DNA of 64,000 nt from an uncultured Holophagae bacterium (lineage in GTDB: Bacteria > Acidobacteriota > Thermoanaerobaculia > Thermoanaerobaculales > Sulfomarinibacteraceae): assembly GCA_963797055.1 (NCBI GenBank), contig CAWCOD010000002.1, forward strand, positions 491,598 to 555,597, in the 5' to 3' direction. Position 1 is the stretch's first letter. Each line of letters begins with the position of its first letter. The notes beneath the pieces were generated by a model. The model did not search any database and was not told the origin of the DNA. It saw only the letters and a program-made list of their open reading frames with translations. A program made the position numbers and the translations under genes. This document shows positions 35,782 to 45,484 of the stretch, piece by piece.

Positions 35782-37875
35782 GTGAATCCGGTCACACCCA
35801 CGGTTCTGTCACGGTTGGAGCGGCTCCACGAGTCCATTGTGCGGGTAATCCGCGGCAAGTCGGAACTGGTGGACTCGCTGATGGCGGCTCTGATCGCCCG
35901 GGGCCACGTTCTGCTCGAAGACGTGCCCGGAGTGGGCAAGACGACCCTCGCCCAGGCCCTCGCGCGTTCGCTGGACCTCGATTTTCATCGCATCCAGTTC
36001 ACATCCGACACCCTGCCCTCAGACATCATCGGGATCTCGGTCTACCGTCAGAACAGGGGTGACTTCGAGTTCATGCCCGGACCGCTGTTCGCCAACGTGG
36101 TACTGGCCGACGAGATCAACCGAGCGGCCCCACGGACCCAATCGGCGTTATTGGAGGCCATGAGCGAGAAGGCCGTGACCGTTGACAAGACCCGTCACGA
36201 GCTTGCCGTGCCGTTCCTGGTTGTGGCGACCCAGAATCCTATCGAATCAACCGGCACCTATCCTCTGCCCGAGAGTCAGTTGGACCGATTCCTGATGAGG
36301 CTCTCCATGGGTTACCCCGGCCGAGGGGAGGAGCTCGAGTTGCTTCGTACCGGAGGCACCGAGCCGGAGCTCGAGCAGTTGCAGCCTGTGCTCACGGCTG
36401 GCGAGGTGTTGGAGCTGCAGCACGAGGTGTCCGACGTCCACGTCAGCGACGAGTTGCGCCGCTACCTGATGGACGTTGTGGAACGAACACGATCGCACGA
36501 GGCGCTGGCGTTGGGGGTTTCCACTCGAGGGACTCTCGCGTGGCAGCGATGCGCCCAGGCGCTTGCCCTCGTCAAGGGACGACCGTTCGTGATTCCGGAT
36601 GACCTGCAGGAGACCTCCGAGGCGGTGTTGGCCCATCGCGTTCTGTTGGCCGATCCCCTTGTGGACGACGGATGGGAGCGGAGTCGACGGGAGCGGGCGG
36701 TGATTCGCTCGATTCTGGAGAGCGTTGTCCCGGTGCCCACGGTGATGAAAGCAGCGGGAGTTCGGGAGTCGGGAGCCCGGACTCGGATGGTCTCGAGGAC
36801 CGTGGTTCGACGGCCCAATGTGCCGAGTCCCGGCTCCCGAGCTCCCGAATCCCGCCTTCCAGAAGACCGCCATGAGCTCGGCTCGACGCCTTCCGAGGGT
36901 TTCAGACTCAAGTTGACACGTTGGGGTGGGCTCTTCCTCCTTTCGATGCTTATCCTCGGGTTTGCCGCCGTCAACACAGGCAACAACGCACTGATGGCTC
37001 TCTTCGGCCTCGCTCTGGCCAGCTACGCCGTGTCCGGCGTCTGGTCACGGCAGGTCCTGGGCGGAATCGAGGTCCGGGCCGCCGCACCAAGAGAGATTTT
37101 TGCGGGCCGCCCGGCAATGGTGGATGTGGAGCTGCGCAACGGATGCCGGCTGTTGCCCGCTTATGGGATCGTGCTGCGTGATCGGTTGGGACGGGTCCTG
37201 CTGACCGAAGGGCTTCTGACGGCCTCTGGCGTGAGCCAACACAGCATCGAGCTTCAATTTGCGGACCGGGGTTGGACTGCGATCGGCCCGTGGACGCTCG
37301 AGGTCGTTTTGCCGCTCGGTTTTTTTGTCAAGTCGAAGGTCGTGATGGACCGGCGCGAGGTGCTGGTGTACCCAAGGTTGTTGCCGAAGACTGCAATGAC
37401 ATCCGAGGGTCGTGACCGTGGCCGGTACACAGAGAACTTCGATGACCGCGGTCGGGAGGGCGAGGTGGTTCAACTCCGCACCTTCCGCGAGGGCGACGAC
37501 ACCCGACAGATGCACTGGAAGCAGACCGCGCGGCAACAACAGCCGATCGTGACCGACCGCCAGCGGCGTGCTTCCGATCCTGTCTTCTTTGTCGTCGATC
37601 CGCGGCTGAGCGACGTCGCCGACCCGGTTCTCAGGGACCGGTTCGAGACCATGCTGTCGGAGGTGGCCACAGGCGTTGTCCGCCGTCTGGAGAGAGGTGC
37701 CGAGGTGGGTCTCGTGGTGGGAGATGAAGTATTTCCGCCCGAACGATCGACGCAGCGCGCGGCCCGCCTGCTCCGTCCACTCGCCGAGGTCGAGCCGCGC
37801 CGGCCCGATGCTCCTCCGCCGCGCAGGGTGACCGCTCGGTTGTCTCGCCACCACAGCGTCGGGGGTGGAGCGTGA
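35782..37875 (+). CDS. MoxR-type AAA+ ATPase and DUF58 protein in one uninterrupted ORF
   Basis: 697-aa ORF. Residues 1-320 are MoxR-like (PGVGKTT, VLADEINRAAPRTQSALLEAM). Residues from about 370 are DUF58-like (LFLLSMLILGFAAVNTGNNALMALFGLALA, FREGDDTRQMHWKQTAR). There is no stop between the parts. A possible internal DUF58 start is ATG 36745, in the context CGGTGATGAAA. Confidence 0.8.
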   Translation: MNPVTPTVLSRLERLHESIVRVIRGKSELVDSLMAALIARGHVLLEDVPGVGKTTLAQALARSLDLDFHRIQFTSDTLPSDIIGISVYRQNRGDFEFMPGPLFANVVLADEINRAAPRTQSALLEAMSEKAVTVDKTRHELAVPFLVVATQNPIESTGTYPLPESQLDRFLMRLSMGYPGRGEELELLRTGGTEPELEQLQPVLTAGEVLELQHEVSDVHVSDELRRYLMDVVERTRSHEALALGVSTRGTLAWQRCAQALALVKGRPFVIPDDLQETSEAVLAHRVLLADPLVDDGWERSRRERAVIRSILESVVPVPTVMKAAGVRESGARTRMVSRTVVRRPNVPSPGSRAPESRLPEDRHELGSTPSEGFRLKLTRWGGLFLLSMLILGFAAVNTGNNALMALFGLALASYAVSGVWSRQVLGGIEVRAAAPREIFAGRPAMVDVELRNGCRLLPAYGIVLRDRLGRVLLTEGLLTASGVSQHSIELQFADRGWTAIGPWTLEVVLPLGFFVKSKVVMDRREVLVYPRLLPKTAMTSEGRDRGRYTENFDDRGREGEVVQLRTFREGDDTRQMHWKQTARQQQPIVTDRQRRASDPVFFVVDPRLSDVADPVLRDRFETMLSEVATGVVRRLERGAEVGLVVGDEVFPPERSTQRAARLLRPLAEVEPRRPDAPPPRRVTARLSRHHSVGGGA

Positions 37876-39860
37876 CGGCCGGTGCCTTCTATCGGAGGCT
37901 GGCGGGGCTGCTCCTGCTGTGGTCCCTTCTCCCTCTGCCTTTCCTGTACATCGTGATGCCACCGTTTTGGATTACGGCCGGGATTGTCGCTCTGGCGTTG
38001 ATCTTGGTCCCGTCGTGGTCGCCGAAGCTGGAGCCGTGGGCCCTCAATCTGATTGCGGTTCTGATCGTGATCGGGGTTGTGGCCGCGGGCGGGATTCGAG
38101 TCGGGCCTCTCCGCCCCCTCGGTCATCTACTGCTCCTGCTGACCGCGGTTCGGGTGAGCCAGATCATCGACCGACGCTCGTTCCTCAAGGCCCTGCCGGC
38201 GATCTTCCTGGTGTGGGTTGTTTCCCTGACGTCGTCGACCCACGTGACGGCCCTTGTCTACTTTGCGGTGTCGGCCGTGGTCTGGTGGTGGACGGGCATG
38301 GAAATCCAATTGGCCGCAGTGGCGGTGGACGATGGCGTTCCCGCGGCTTCCGTCCGACCGAGGCACGCGCTGGTGGCCGCCGTCGTGGCCCTTGCGCTGG
38401 CGGTGCCGGTGTTCGTTTCGGTGCCCAGGCTGCGCTCGCCGTGGCTCGCCGGGAGCGGAGGCGTGCGGAGCGTGACGGGTTTCTCGAGTCGTGTGGAGCT
38501 TTCCGGAATCGGCACCATTCAGGAGTCTCAGGAGCGCGTGCTGGTGGTGCGATCGGTCAACGGTGAGCCCATCAGACCGGAATGGATGAGGCTGCGGGCA
38601 ACCGCCTTCGAGAGGATGACGGTGGAATCCTGGGCGCCGCGGCCTCCGGACCGTTCCGTTCGGCCGCGAAGCGGACTGATATGGCTGACGGAAGGAGACG
38701 AGGACATGGGCGACGCCGCCCAGTTGGAGATCGAACTCGACCGGCCGGACGAGTTCCTCTTCCTGCCCGGCGGTGCGATCGCCGTCGATGTTCCCGAGCC
38801 CGTTCGAATCGATCCGGCGGGGGGAGTCGTCCTCGTGTCGCCGGGGACCGGACCGCTTCATTACACCGTGTGGGTCTCTCGGACAGCTGTCCAACAACGT
38901 CTTGTCCCGCCCCCGAACGGCGGATTGGAGTTCGAGCCGGCCCCGGAGGTGCGCGCCCTGGCCATTCGGATCGCCGCCGGAGCCGCCACCGCCGAAGCCC
39001 GCGCTGCGGCCGTGGAAGCGTACCTCCAAAACGAGTACACCTACTCCATGACAGGGTTGGGGAGGATCGGTCCGGATCCGGTGAGTTGGTTCCTTCTCCG
39101 ATCCAGATCAGGCCACTGCGAGTACTTCGCCGGTGGGATGGCGGTGATGATGGGCGCGCTCGGCGATCCGGCACGAATGGTCGGAGGATACAGCGGTGGC
39201 GATCTGTCTCAGACCGGTGATGAGGTGGTGGTTCGCCAGGCCAATGCACATGCCTGGGTTGAGGTCTGGCTGGGACCGCGGCTGGGCTGGGGAGTCTTCG
39301 ATCCAACTCCGGCCGTCAACCTCCCGCGGCTCAATAAGGTGAATTTGGGAGACCGGTTGCGTTTTGCCTGGGAGAACATCCAGGCGGGTTGGGATAAGTA
39401 TGTCCTGACCTTCGGTGTTGCGGAGCAGATGCAGTTGCTGACCGCTGCTGGCGATCGTCTGGCGGCGGCGCTGAGTTCGTGGCGCCGGCGGGATACGGCG
39501 ATCGTTGTCGGAGCGCTGGCCCTGCTCTGGTTGACGTGGCGGGCGGTGAGGTGGTTTTTGCGCCGTACAAGCGGCGGGCGATCCGCGGGCCCCGCGTCTC
39601 CGGCATCACGGTCGATACGGCGACTGGTGCGTCGTCTTGAACGTTCAGGCGTCACGGTTCCTGTGGGAGCGACGGTCCGTTGGATCGGCCAGGCCGCGAC
39701 TCGCCGGTGGCCGTCGGCGTCCCAGCCGGCTGCCGACCTGGTGTGGCTGGCGGAGCGAGAGCTCTACTCAGAAGACGGGTCGGTCTACGGCCCGGTCGAG
39801 GTCCGCCGGGTCTGGTCCGACCTGCGCCACGCCATTCGCGACTCTCGCCGAGATTTTTGA
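37872..39860 (+). CDS. Transglutaminase-like membrane protein
   Basis: GTGA start/stop overlap with the upstream ORF. N-terminal TM helices. Catalytic core SGHCEYFAGGMAVMMGALGDPARMVGGY ... NAHAWVEVWL ... GVFDPTP. Confidence 0.9.
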   Translation: MTAGAFYRRLAGLLLLWSLLPLPFLYIVMPPFWITAGIVALALILVPSWSPKLEPWALNLIAVLIVIGVVAAGGIRVGPLRPLGHLLLLLTAVRVSQIIDRRSFLKALPAIFLVWVVSLTSSTHVTALVYFAVSAVVWWWTGMEIQLAAVAVDDGVPAASVRPRHALVAAVVALALAVPVFVSVPRLRSPWLAGSGGVRSVTGFSSRVELSGIGTIQESQERVLVVRSVNGEPIRPEWMRLRATAFERMTVESWAPRPPDRSVRPRSGLIWLTEGDEDMGDAAQLEIELDRPDEFLFLPGGAIAVDVPEPVRIDPAGGVVLVSPGTGPLHYTVWVSRTAVQQRLVPPPNGGLEFEPAPEVRALAIRIAAGAATAEARAAAVEAYLQNEYTYSMTGLGRIGPDPVSWFLLRSRSGHCEYFAGGMAVMMGALGDPARMVGGYSGGDLSQTGDEVVVRQANAHAWVEVWLGPRLGWGVFDPTPAVNLPRLNKVNLGDRLRFAWENIQAGWDKYVLTFGVAEQMQLLTAAGDRLAAALSSWRRRDTAIVVGALALLWLTWRAVRWFLRRTSGGRSAGPASPASRSIRRLVRRLERSGVTVPVGATVRWIGQAATRRWPSASQPAADLVWLAERELYSEDGSVYGPVEVRRVWSDLRHAIRDSRRDF

Positions 39861-39955
39861 ATTTTGAATTTTGAATGCTACGACCTTCCAGCCCGACGAC
39901 CCCCCCCGGGCGGGTGGGGGCATTCAAAATTCAGAATTGAGAATTGAGAATTCAG
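39852..39955. repeat. Composite: TTGAATT array / CCCCCCCGGGCGGGTGGGGG / inverted GAATTGA array
   Basis: The left array overlaps the transglutaminase stop codon. The right array is partly its reverse complement. Confidence 0.9.
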
Positions 39956-40063
39956 TTCCGGGGATTCAATTTCAGAAATATCGGGTCGTGTTGTACGTAT
40001 CTCTTGAGTGAGGCCCGCGTTGCGGGAACGGGCTGCTGCTTGTTCGTCGTTGGGAGGCACTCT

Positions 40064-41383
40064 ATGATGGTGGCCATGCAACCCCTTGTCCGATTTGCTG
40101 TGGTGTCGATTTGCCTCTGTGCGCTGGTGCCGGTTGCCAGTGCTGGCGACGTTCTCCACATTCGAGTCGAGGACACCATTCAACCGGCCTCTCAGAACTT
40201 CATCGAACGAGCCCTTGCAGAGGCCGAGGCGGCGGACGCGGAGCTCGTCGTCATGGAGCTGGACACGCCGGGCGGGCTGCTGGACTCGACCCGCGAAATT
40301 ACCAGCGCCATCACCTCGAGCATCGTACCGGTGGTGGTCTTCGTGACTCCGGCGGGAGCGCGGGCCGCATCGGCGGGGTTCTTTATTCTGCTGTCCGCCG
40401 ATATCGCGGCCATGTCTCCCGGGACCAACACCGGAGCCGCTCACCCGGTGGGAGGTCAAGGCGAGAACCTGCCGGATGATGTTCGGGAAAAGGTGACCAG
40501 CGACGCCTCGGCCATGATCAAGTCATTTGCGGAACAGCGGGGCCGAAATGTGGACCTCGCCATCGAGGCGGTGGAAGAGAGTTCCTCGTTCACCGCGGAG
40601 CAGGCACTGGAGGATGGGCTCATCGATCTCGTCGCCCACAATGTGGAGGATTTGCTCGATCAGCTGAAAAGTGGTGAGGTCACCCGATTCGACGGAACGA
40701 CCGAGGTCATGGACCTGGAATCTCCGGTCATCCGGAGGATCGAGCCGACCTTCGCCGACCGGTTGTTCTCGGTGCTGGCCAACCCCAACGTGGCTTACCT
40801 CCTGATGGCGCTGGGCGCGCTGGGCTTGTACGTCGAGATCACCCACCCGGGAGGGATTCTCCCGGGGGTCATAGGGGTGGTATTTCTGCTGCTCGGTTTG
40901 TACTCGATCTCGGTGCTGCCGATCAGCTGGGCGGGGGTTGCTCTGATCTTCGTCGCCCTTGTCCTGTTTCTGTTGGAGGTCAAGGTCGCCAGTTACGGGC
41001 TGCTGACCATCGGCGGACTCATCTGCTTTGTTCTGGGGTCTCTCATGTTGTTTGATTCGCCAATTCCGGACATGCGCGTGTCACTCGGTGTGATCCTGCC
41101 AACGGCCATCGTGTTGGCAGCGGTGACGAGTTTTCTGCTGAGCCGCGTCCTGGTGACCCACAGGATGCAACCCATGACCGGGGTCGAGGGCATGGTCGGC
41201 AAGATCGGGACCGTACTTGCAGACATCGATCCCATTGGCAAGGTGCTCGTGAACGGTGAGTACTGGGACGCCCGGACCTCCGGTGTGGTGATTCCTGCCG
41301 GCGACTCGGTGCGGGTCGTGGCGGTCGGTGACAAACAGATTGATGTCGAGCCCGCGGCTGAAGCGGGTGAAGGGAGCTCATGA
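40064..41383 (+). CDS. NfeD family membrane-bound ClpP-class serine protease
   Basis: ORF 39944..41383; ATG 40064 gives a signal sequence. ClpP-like domain ([48 protein letters not shown]), TM block and C-terminal NfeD OB-fold region. Confidence 0.88.
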   Translation: MMVAMQPLVRFAVVSICLCALVPVASAGDVLHIRVEDTIQPASQNFIERALAEAEAADAELVVMELDTPGGLLDSTREITSAITSSIVPVVVFVTPAGARAASAGFFILLSADIAAMSPGTNTGAAHPVGGQGENLPDDVREKVTSDASAMIKSFAEQRGRNVDLAIEAVEESSSFTAEQALEDGLIDLVAHNVEDLLDQLKSGEVTRFDGTTEVMDLESPVIRRIEPTFADRLFSVLANPNVAYLLMALGALGLYVEITHPGGILPGVIGVVFLLLGLYSISVLPISWAGVALIFVALVLFLLEVKVASYGLLTIGGLICFVLGSLMLFDSPIPDMRVSLGVILPTAIVLAAVTSFLLSRVLVTHRMQPMTGVEGMVGKIGTVLADIDPIGKVLVNGEYWDARTSGVVIPAGDSVRVVAVGDKQIDVEPAAEAGEGSS

Positions 41384-42144
41384 TGGGATTTATCGGATCG
41401 GGTCTCGGGCTTGCGGTCTTCTTCCTGGTCTTCGTGTTCTTCAAGTGGATCAACATCCTCAACGAGTACGAACGCGGCGTGATCTTCCGACTTGGGCGGG
41501 TGCTCAAGGAGGCGAAGGGGCCGGGCCTCGTGATCGTCATGTGGCCCATCGATCGCATGGTCAAGGTGAGCCTGCGGACGGTCGTCCACGACATTCCGCC
41601 GCAGGACGTGATCACCCGCGACAATGTCTCGGTCAAAGTCAACGCGGTGGTCTATTTTCGGGTCATGAACCCGATCAAGACAGTGGTGGAGGTAGAGAAT
41701 TATGTCTACGCCACATCTCAGCTCGCCCAGACCACCCTTCGTTCGGTGCTCGGTGAGGTGGAGTTGGACGATCTCCTGACCAAACGTGAGGAACTCAACG
41801 TCCGCCTGCAGGAGATCATCGATCAGCACTCCGACCCTTGGGGCGTCAAGGTTTCCATGGTGGAGGTCAAGCACGTCGACCTGCCGCCGGACATGCAGCG
41901 GGCGATGGCCAAACAGGCCGAGGCCGAGCGTGAGAAACGCGCCAAGATCATCCACGCCGAAGGTGAATTCGTGGCGTCCCAGAAGCTGGCGGACGCGGCC
42001 GACGTCATGGTGGACCACCCGATCGCGCTCCAGTTGCGATATCTCCAGACACTGACCGAGATCTCCACCGAGAACGCATCCACCATCGTCTTCCCCGTGC
42101 CGCCAACCATGCTCACGGGACTGTTCGGCACGGGCGACAAGTGA
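41380..42144 (+). CDS. SPFH/band 7 (stomatin-like) protein
   Basis: ATGA overlap with nfeD. N-terminal TM helix. [11 protein letters not shown] ... [20 protein letters not shown] ... [17 protein letters not shown]. Confidence 0.92.
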   Translation: MMGFIGSGLGLAVFFLVFVFFKWINILNEYERGVIFRLGRVLKEAKGPGLVIVMWPIDRMVKVSLRTVVHDIPPQDVITRDNVSVKVNAVVYFRVMNPIKTVVEVENYVYATSQLAQTTLRSVLGEVELDDLLTKREELNVRLQEIIDQHSDPWGVKVSMVEVKHVDLPPDMQRAMAKQAEAEREKRAKIIHAEGEFVASQKLADAADVMVDHPIALQLRYLQTLTEISTENASTIVFPVPPTMLTGLFGTGDK

Positions 42145-42190
42145 GGGGACCGGTGGTTGGAACACGGCGCCGTTCTCTGAGGGAGGATTG

Positions 42191-42754
42191 ATGGCTCCCT
42201 CCTACTACGTGATCGAGCTGACGGCGCGCTGGTTGACCATACTGCTGGTGGCGCTGGCTCTGGTCATGGTGCTCGCCTTCGCCTTTGGCTACGGCGCGGC
42301 CTGGTCGGTGCTGGCCGCGCGGGAGGCGGGGCCTCGGGAAGCTGCCGTGGTGGCGGCCACCCCCACCCCGACCCCGGTGGAGGTGGTGATCGAGAGCCCG
42401 GCCGAGGAACCCACCCCTCGGGCCGTGCCCACCAAACCGCCCACCGCGACCCCGGTGCCCCCCAAGGCCACGCCGAAACCCAAGCCCACCCAGCCGCCCA
42501 AGGAGAAGCTGGACGACTTTTGGGTTCAGGTTCTGGCCTCCGGCAACCAGACCTCGGTGGAGAAGGCGCGCGCGAGATTGGCCGAGTCGGGATTCACCAG
42601 GGACCGTCAGCGGGTGGTGACCGCCGCGGGGCCCGGAGGAAATGAGCTCTACAAGCTGCGCGTTGGACCTTTCCCGGATCGTTCATCCGCCGAGCGCGTG
42701 GCGGAGCGGATGAAGTCCTCCGAATTTCCAGACGCGTGGGTGGTGGCTCCGTGA
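42191..42754 (+). CDS. SPOR domain protein
   Basis: N-terminal TM helix, Pro/Thr-rich linker and C-terminal SPOR-like FWVQVLASGNQTSVEKARARLAESGF ... YKLRVGPFPDRSSAERVAERMK. Confidence 0.8.
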   Translation: MAPSYYVIELTARWLTILLVALALVMVLAFAFGYGAAWSVLAAREAGPREAAVVAATPTPTPVEVVIESPAEEPTPRAVPTKPPTATPVPPKATPKPKPTQPPKEKLDDFWVQVLASGNQTSVEKARARLAESGFTRDRQRVVTAAGPGGNELYKLRVGPFPDRSSAERVAERMKSSEFPDAWVVAP

Positions 42755-43632
42755 GTTTTGGCGGTCAGGTCGGACGATCACAACTTCCAGAGTGGATCCG
42801 TGGCCGCAAGATGCGGCTCGGCGAGCTCCACGAGATCAAGCGCCGGATGCGCTCCGGTGGGCTTCACACGGTGTGCGAGGAGGCGCGCTGTCCAAACCGG
42901 ACGGAGTGCTTCGCCCACGGAACCGCCACATTTTTGATCAACGGCAGAGTCTGCACGCGGAACTGCTCCTACTGCTCCATCGCCCACGGTCGGCCTCAGG
43001 CGGTCGACCCGGATGAACCCAGGCAGCTGCTCGAGGCAGTGATCGCCATGGACCTCGACCACGTCGTGATCACCGCGGTGGACCGTGACGATCTGCCCGA
43101 TGGCGGAGCGGCTGGGTTTGTAGAGTGCATCAACAGGCTCAAGGGCCTCGACCGGCCGCCGAAAATCGAGGTTCTGACGCCCGACTTCAGGGGCGACTTG
43201 AACGCCGTTGACCGCATCATCGACTCGGTGCCCGATGTCTACAACCACAACGTGGAAACCGTTCCCAGCCAGTACCGTCGGGTCCGCCGTTCGGGCCGCT
43301 ACCAATGGGCGTTGGAGGTGCTTCGCCGGGTGACCGAGCGATCCCCTGAGATGCTTCGGAAATCGGGGCTGATGGTCGGACTGGGAGAGACCGAAGACGA
43401 GGTGGTTGGTGTGCTGGCGGACCTTGCCGCGGCCGGATGCCAGTTGGTGACCATTGGGCAGTACCTCCAACCGACACCGGAGCAGGTTCCGGTGGAACGG
43501 TACTGGCACCCCGATGAGTTCAGCGAGCTCGAGGCCGCCGGTCGGGACCTTGGGCTCGAGGTCTTTGCAGGGCCCTTTGTGCGCTCCTCCTATCGTGCCG
43601 AGGAGGCCTTCCTCCGAGTCGTGGGATCGTGA
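42751..43632 (+). CDS. lipA: Lipoyl synthase
   Basis: ORF 42736..43632; GTG 42751 overlaps the upstream stop (GTGA). CEEARCPNRTEC auxiliary-cluster motif and CTRNCSYC radical SAM motif. Confidence 0.93.
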   Translation: MSFGGQVGRSQLPEWIRGRKMRLGELHEIKRRMRSGGLHTVCEEARCPNRTECFAHGTATFLINGRVCTRNCSYCSIAHGRPQAVDPDEPRQLLEAVIAMDLDHVVITAVDRDDLPDGGAAGFVECINRLKGLDRPPKIEVLTPDFRGDLNAVDRIIDSVPDVYNHNVETVPSQYRRVRRSGRYQWALEVLRRVTERSPEMLRKSGLMVGLGETEDEVVGVLADLAAAGCQLVTIGQYLQPTPEQVPVERYWHPDEFSELEAAGRDLGLEVFAGPFVRSSYRAEEAFLRVVGS

Positions 43633-43695
43633 GGTCGGGTCCACCGACAGCTCAAAATCGAGCCTGTCGCTTGTCGGTTCACCAAGGGAGAGCAA

Positions 43696-44292
43696 GTGAA
43701 ACGGCTTCTCAGCAAACTCGGGTTGAAATCTGCGGGATTCCGGCGTCGTCACTTTCAACGCCGTGAGGTGTTCAGGTCGGATTACCAGATCCTGTCTTCC
43801 AGCCTGCTGCGCCGGCTCGATTTCGAATCCGTCATCGACATCGGTTGCGCCAATGGGTTTCTGGTACTGGCATTTCACGAAGCGGGGAAATCGGTGACGG
43901 GAATCGAGCGGTCAGGCGATGTCGTAGAGGTCCTGCCGCCGGCCCTGCTTCCTCTGGTGCAGATCGGTGATTTCAGCGATGCCCAAACCGTTTCCGATCT
44001 CGTGTGCTGTGTCGAGGTGGCCGAGCACATCCCGCCGGAGAGGAGTCAGGAGCTGGTACGCAAGGTCTCAGACCTGGCCAGGCAATGGATTTTCTTCACC
44101 GCGGCGCCGCCGGGACAGGGAGGGCGCGGACACATCAACTGCCGAGACCACAGCGAGTGGCTCCATTGGTTTGATGGCAGGGGCTGGGTGCTCGAGGAGG
44201 AACTGACCACGGCGGTGCGGAGCGATCTGGAACAGGTTGAAAACGCACCCTGGCTGCGGACCAATTGCATGGTCCTTGGCCGTAAGGCGTAA
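43696..44292 (+). CDS. Class I SAM-dependent methyltransferase
   Basis: 198-aa ORF, GTG start after GGGAGAG. Motif I VIDIGCANGFLVLAF. Confidence 0.75.
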   Translation: MKRLLSKLGLKSAGFRRRHFQRREVFRSDYQILSSSLLRRLDFESVIDIGCANGFLVLAFHEAGKSVTGIERSGDVVEVLPPALLPLVQIGDFSDAQTVSDLVCCVEVAEHIPPERSQELVRKVSDLARQWIFFTAAPPGQGGRGHINCRDHSEWLHWFDGRGWVLEEELTTAVRSDLEQVENAPWLRTNCMVLGRKA

Positions 44293-44384
44293 GCCGTTTC
44301 CCCGCCCGACCCATAACAGTTCCGGGTTCCGGGTTGACCGCCGCCCGCCCAGAGTTGAGAGTTCAGGCCCTCCCGCCCGGAGCG

Positions 44385-44545
44385 GCTTTGTGGTGCGGCC
44401 GTCTCGGCTGTAATTCTGGCCTTGACTGAATGGGCGAATGCAGGCCGGAGGCCTGCTCCACAATGGCTCTTCTCGTTGGGTTCAATCTACCGACTTCAAC
44501 GCGCCGATTCTCCGACTGCGCTTCCCGTCGATCCGATTTTGACGG
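44385..44545 (-). repeat. Family B 3'-extension module fused to a family A arm
   Basis: TTGTGGTGCGGCCGTCTCGGCTGTAAT ... GCGCCGATTCTCCGACTGCGCTTCCCG, then GACGGTGCCTGGCACCGG. Confidence 0.75.
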
Positions 44546-44589
44546 TGCCTGGCACCGGCCCGGGGGTATGGAAAGACCCTCTTGATTTC

Positions 44590-44757
44590 AGCGCGCCCCT
44601 CTCCCCGCAGCGCTCCCCGAGGTTACTCGCGGCCGGTGGCCGCGGTGACCAGCCGTCACCAGCGGGTGGCCGTAAGGCCTCTGATCCTGCGTACAGGATC
44701 GGACATGGCCGCCGCACACGGCCACGGCCACAACCGCTGCCGCCGGCAGGTTGCCCC
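44590..44757 (-). repeat. Dispersed repeat family F, copy 2 (inverted)
   Basis: Reverse complement shares the same three modules with 18252..18425. Fragments also occur at 5450..5490 and 5893..5930. Confidence 0.8.
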
Positions 44758-44850
44758 CTTAGACATTATTGGGACCTCACGGGATGAATTTGCCAGCACC
44801 TTGGTTCCCAACAATGTCAAAGACGGCACGCCCGCCAGACGCGCCCTCCT
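44755..44850 (+). repeat. Dispersed repeat family D, copy 1
   Basis: CCCCCTTAGACATTATTGGGACCTCACGGGATGAATTTGCCAGCACCTTGGTTCCCAACAATGTCAAAGACGGCACGCCCG is the reverse complement of 54890..54990. Confidence 0.8.
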
Positions 44851-44854
44851 CCCT

Positions 44855-44934
44855 CCGGGTGGGCGGGGGAATCTTTAATCTTTAGTCTGCAATCTGCAAT
44901 CTGGATGCAATTCGCAATTCGCAATCCGTAATGG
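44855..44934. repeat. CCGGGTGGGCGGGGG box plus mixed 7-mer arrays (AATCTTT, CAATCTG, CAATTCG)
   Basis: Box at 44855..44869, then about 65 nt of 7-mer repeats. Confidence 0.9.
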
Positions 44935-45072
44935 ACGGGAGGGGGGTTTCCAGAGCCCCCCCACCCTTCGGGCGGGTGGGGGTGTTCAATGCTCCTTGTT
45001 CCTTGCTCTTTTTCCGAGGGTGTGTGGGCGGAGAATGCGATACCATGGAAGGTACCCCTCTCGAGGGAAACG

Positions 45073-45396
45073 ATGATGATGGCCGAAGATCGCGTCGCGT
45101 GTCAGAACCCGGATCCGGAAAAGCAAGGAACCCGGATTCTACGCTGGAAGTACGAACTGGTGACCGACGCCATCTTCAGCGCTCTGGCCAAACGGCCTGG
45201 AGGATTCCCGTTCCGGGATCTCCCGACCTACGTGCGATCCTGCCTCACCCGTGAAGACGCGGAGAGTCTCGGCTCGGTGTCCTGGTACACAACCGTGGTC
45301 AAGCTGGACCTGGAAGCGCGGGGCAGGATCGAACGCATACCCGACTCGAAATTGCAGCTGTTACGGGTGGCTGGTGACCAGGGGTTCGCCAGTTAG
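45073..45396 (+). CDS. Hypothetical small protein
   Basis: ORF 44989..45396; ATG 45073 (MMMAEDRVACQNPDPEK). The composition looks coding. No domain I can name with confidence. Confidence 0.55.
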   Translation: MMMAEDRVACQNPDPEKQGTRILRWKYELVTDAIFSALAKRPGGFPFRDLPTYVRSCLTREDAESLGSVSWYTTVVKLDLEARGRIERIPDSKLQLLRVAGDQGFAS

Positions 45397-45447
45397 CCCG
45401 CGATTCGCCGCCCGCAGCAGACACTCGGTGAGAAGTGCGGGTTAGGG
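45392..45447 (-). repeat. Dispersed repeat family C, copy 2
   Basis: CGCGATTCGCCGCCCGCAGCAGACACTCGGTGAGAAGTGCGGG; inverted relative to copy 1. Confidence 0.8.
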
Positions 45448-45484
45448 TCCATCATGCGGAGCCAGATGTCCTCGTCTGAAGATG

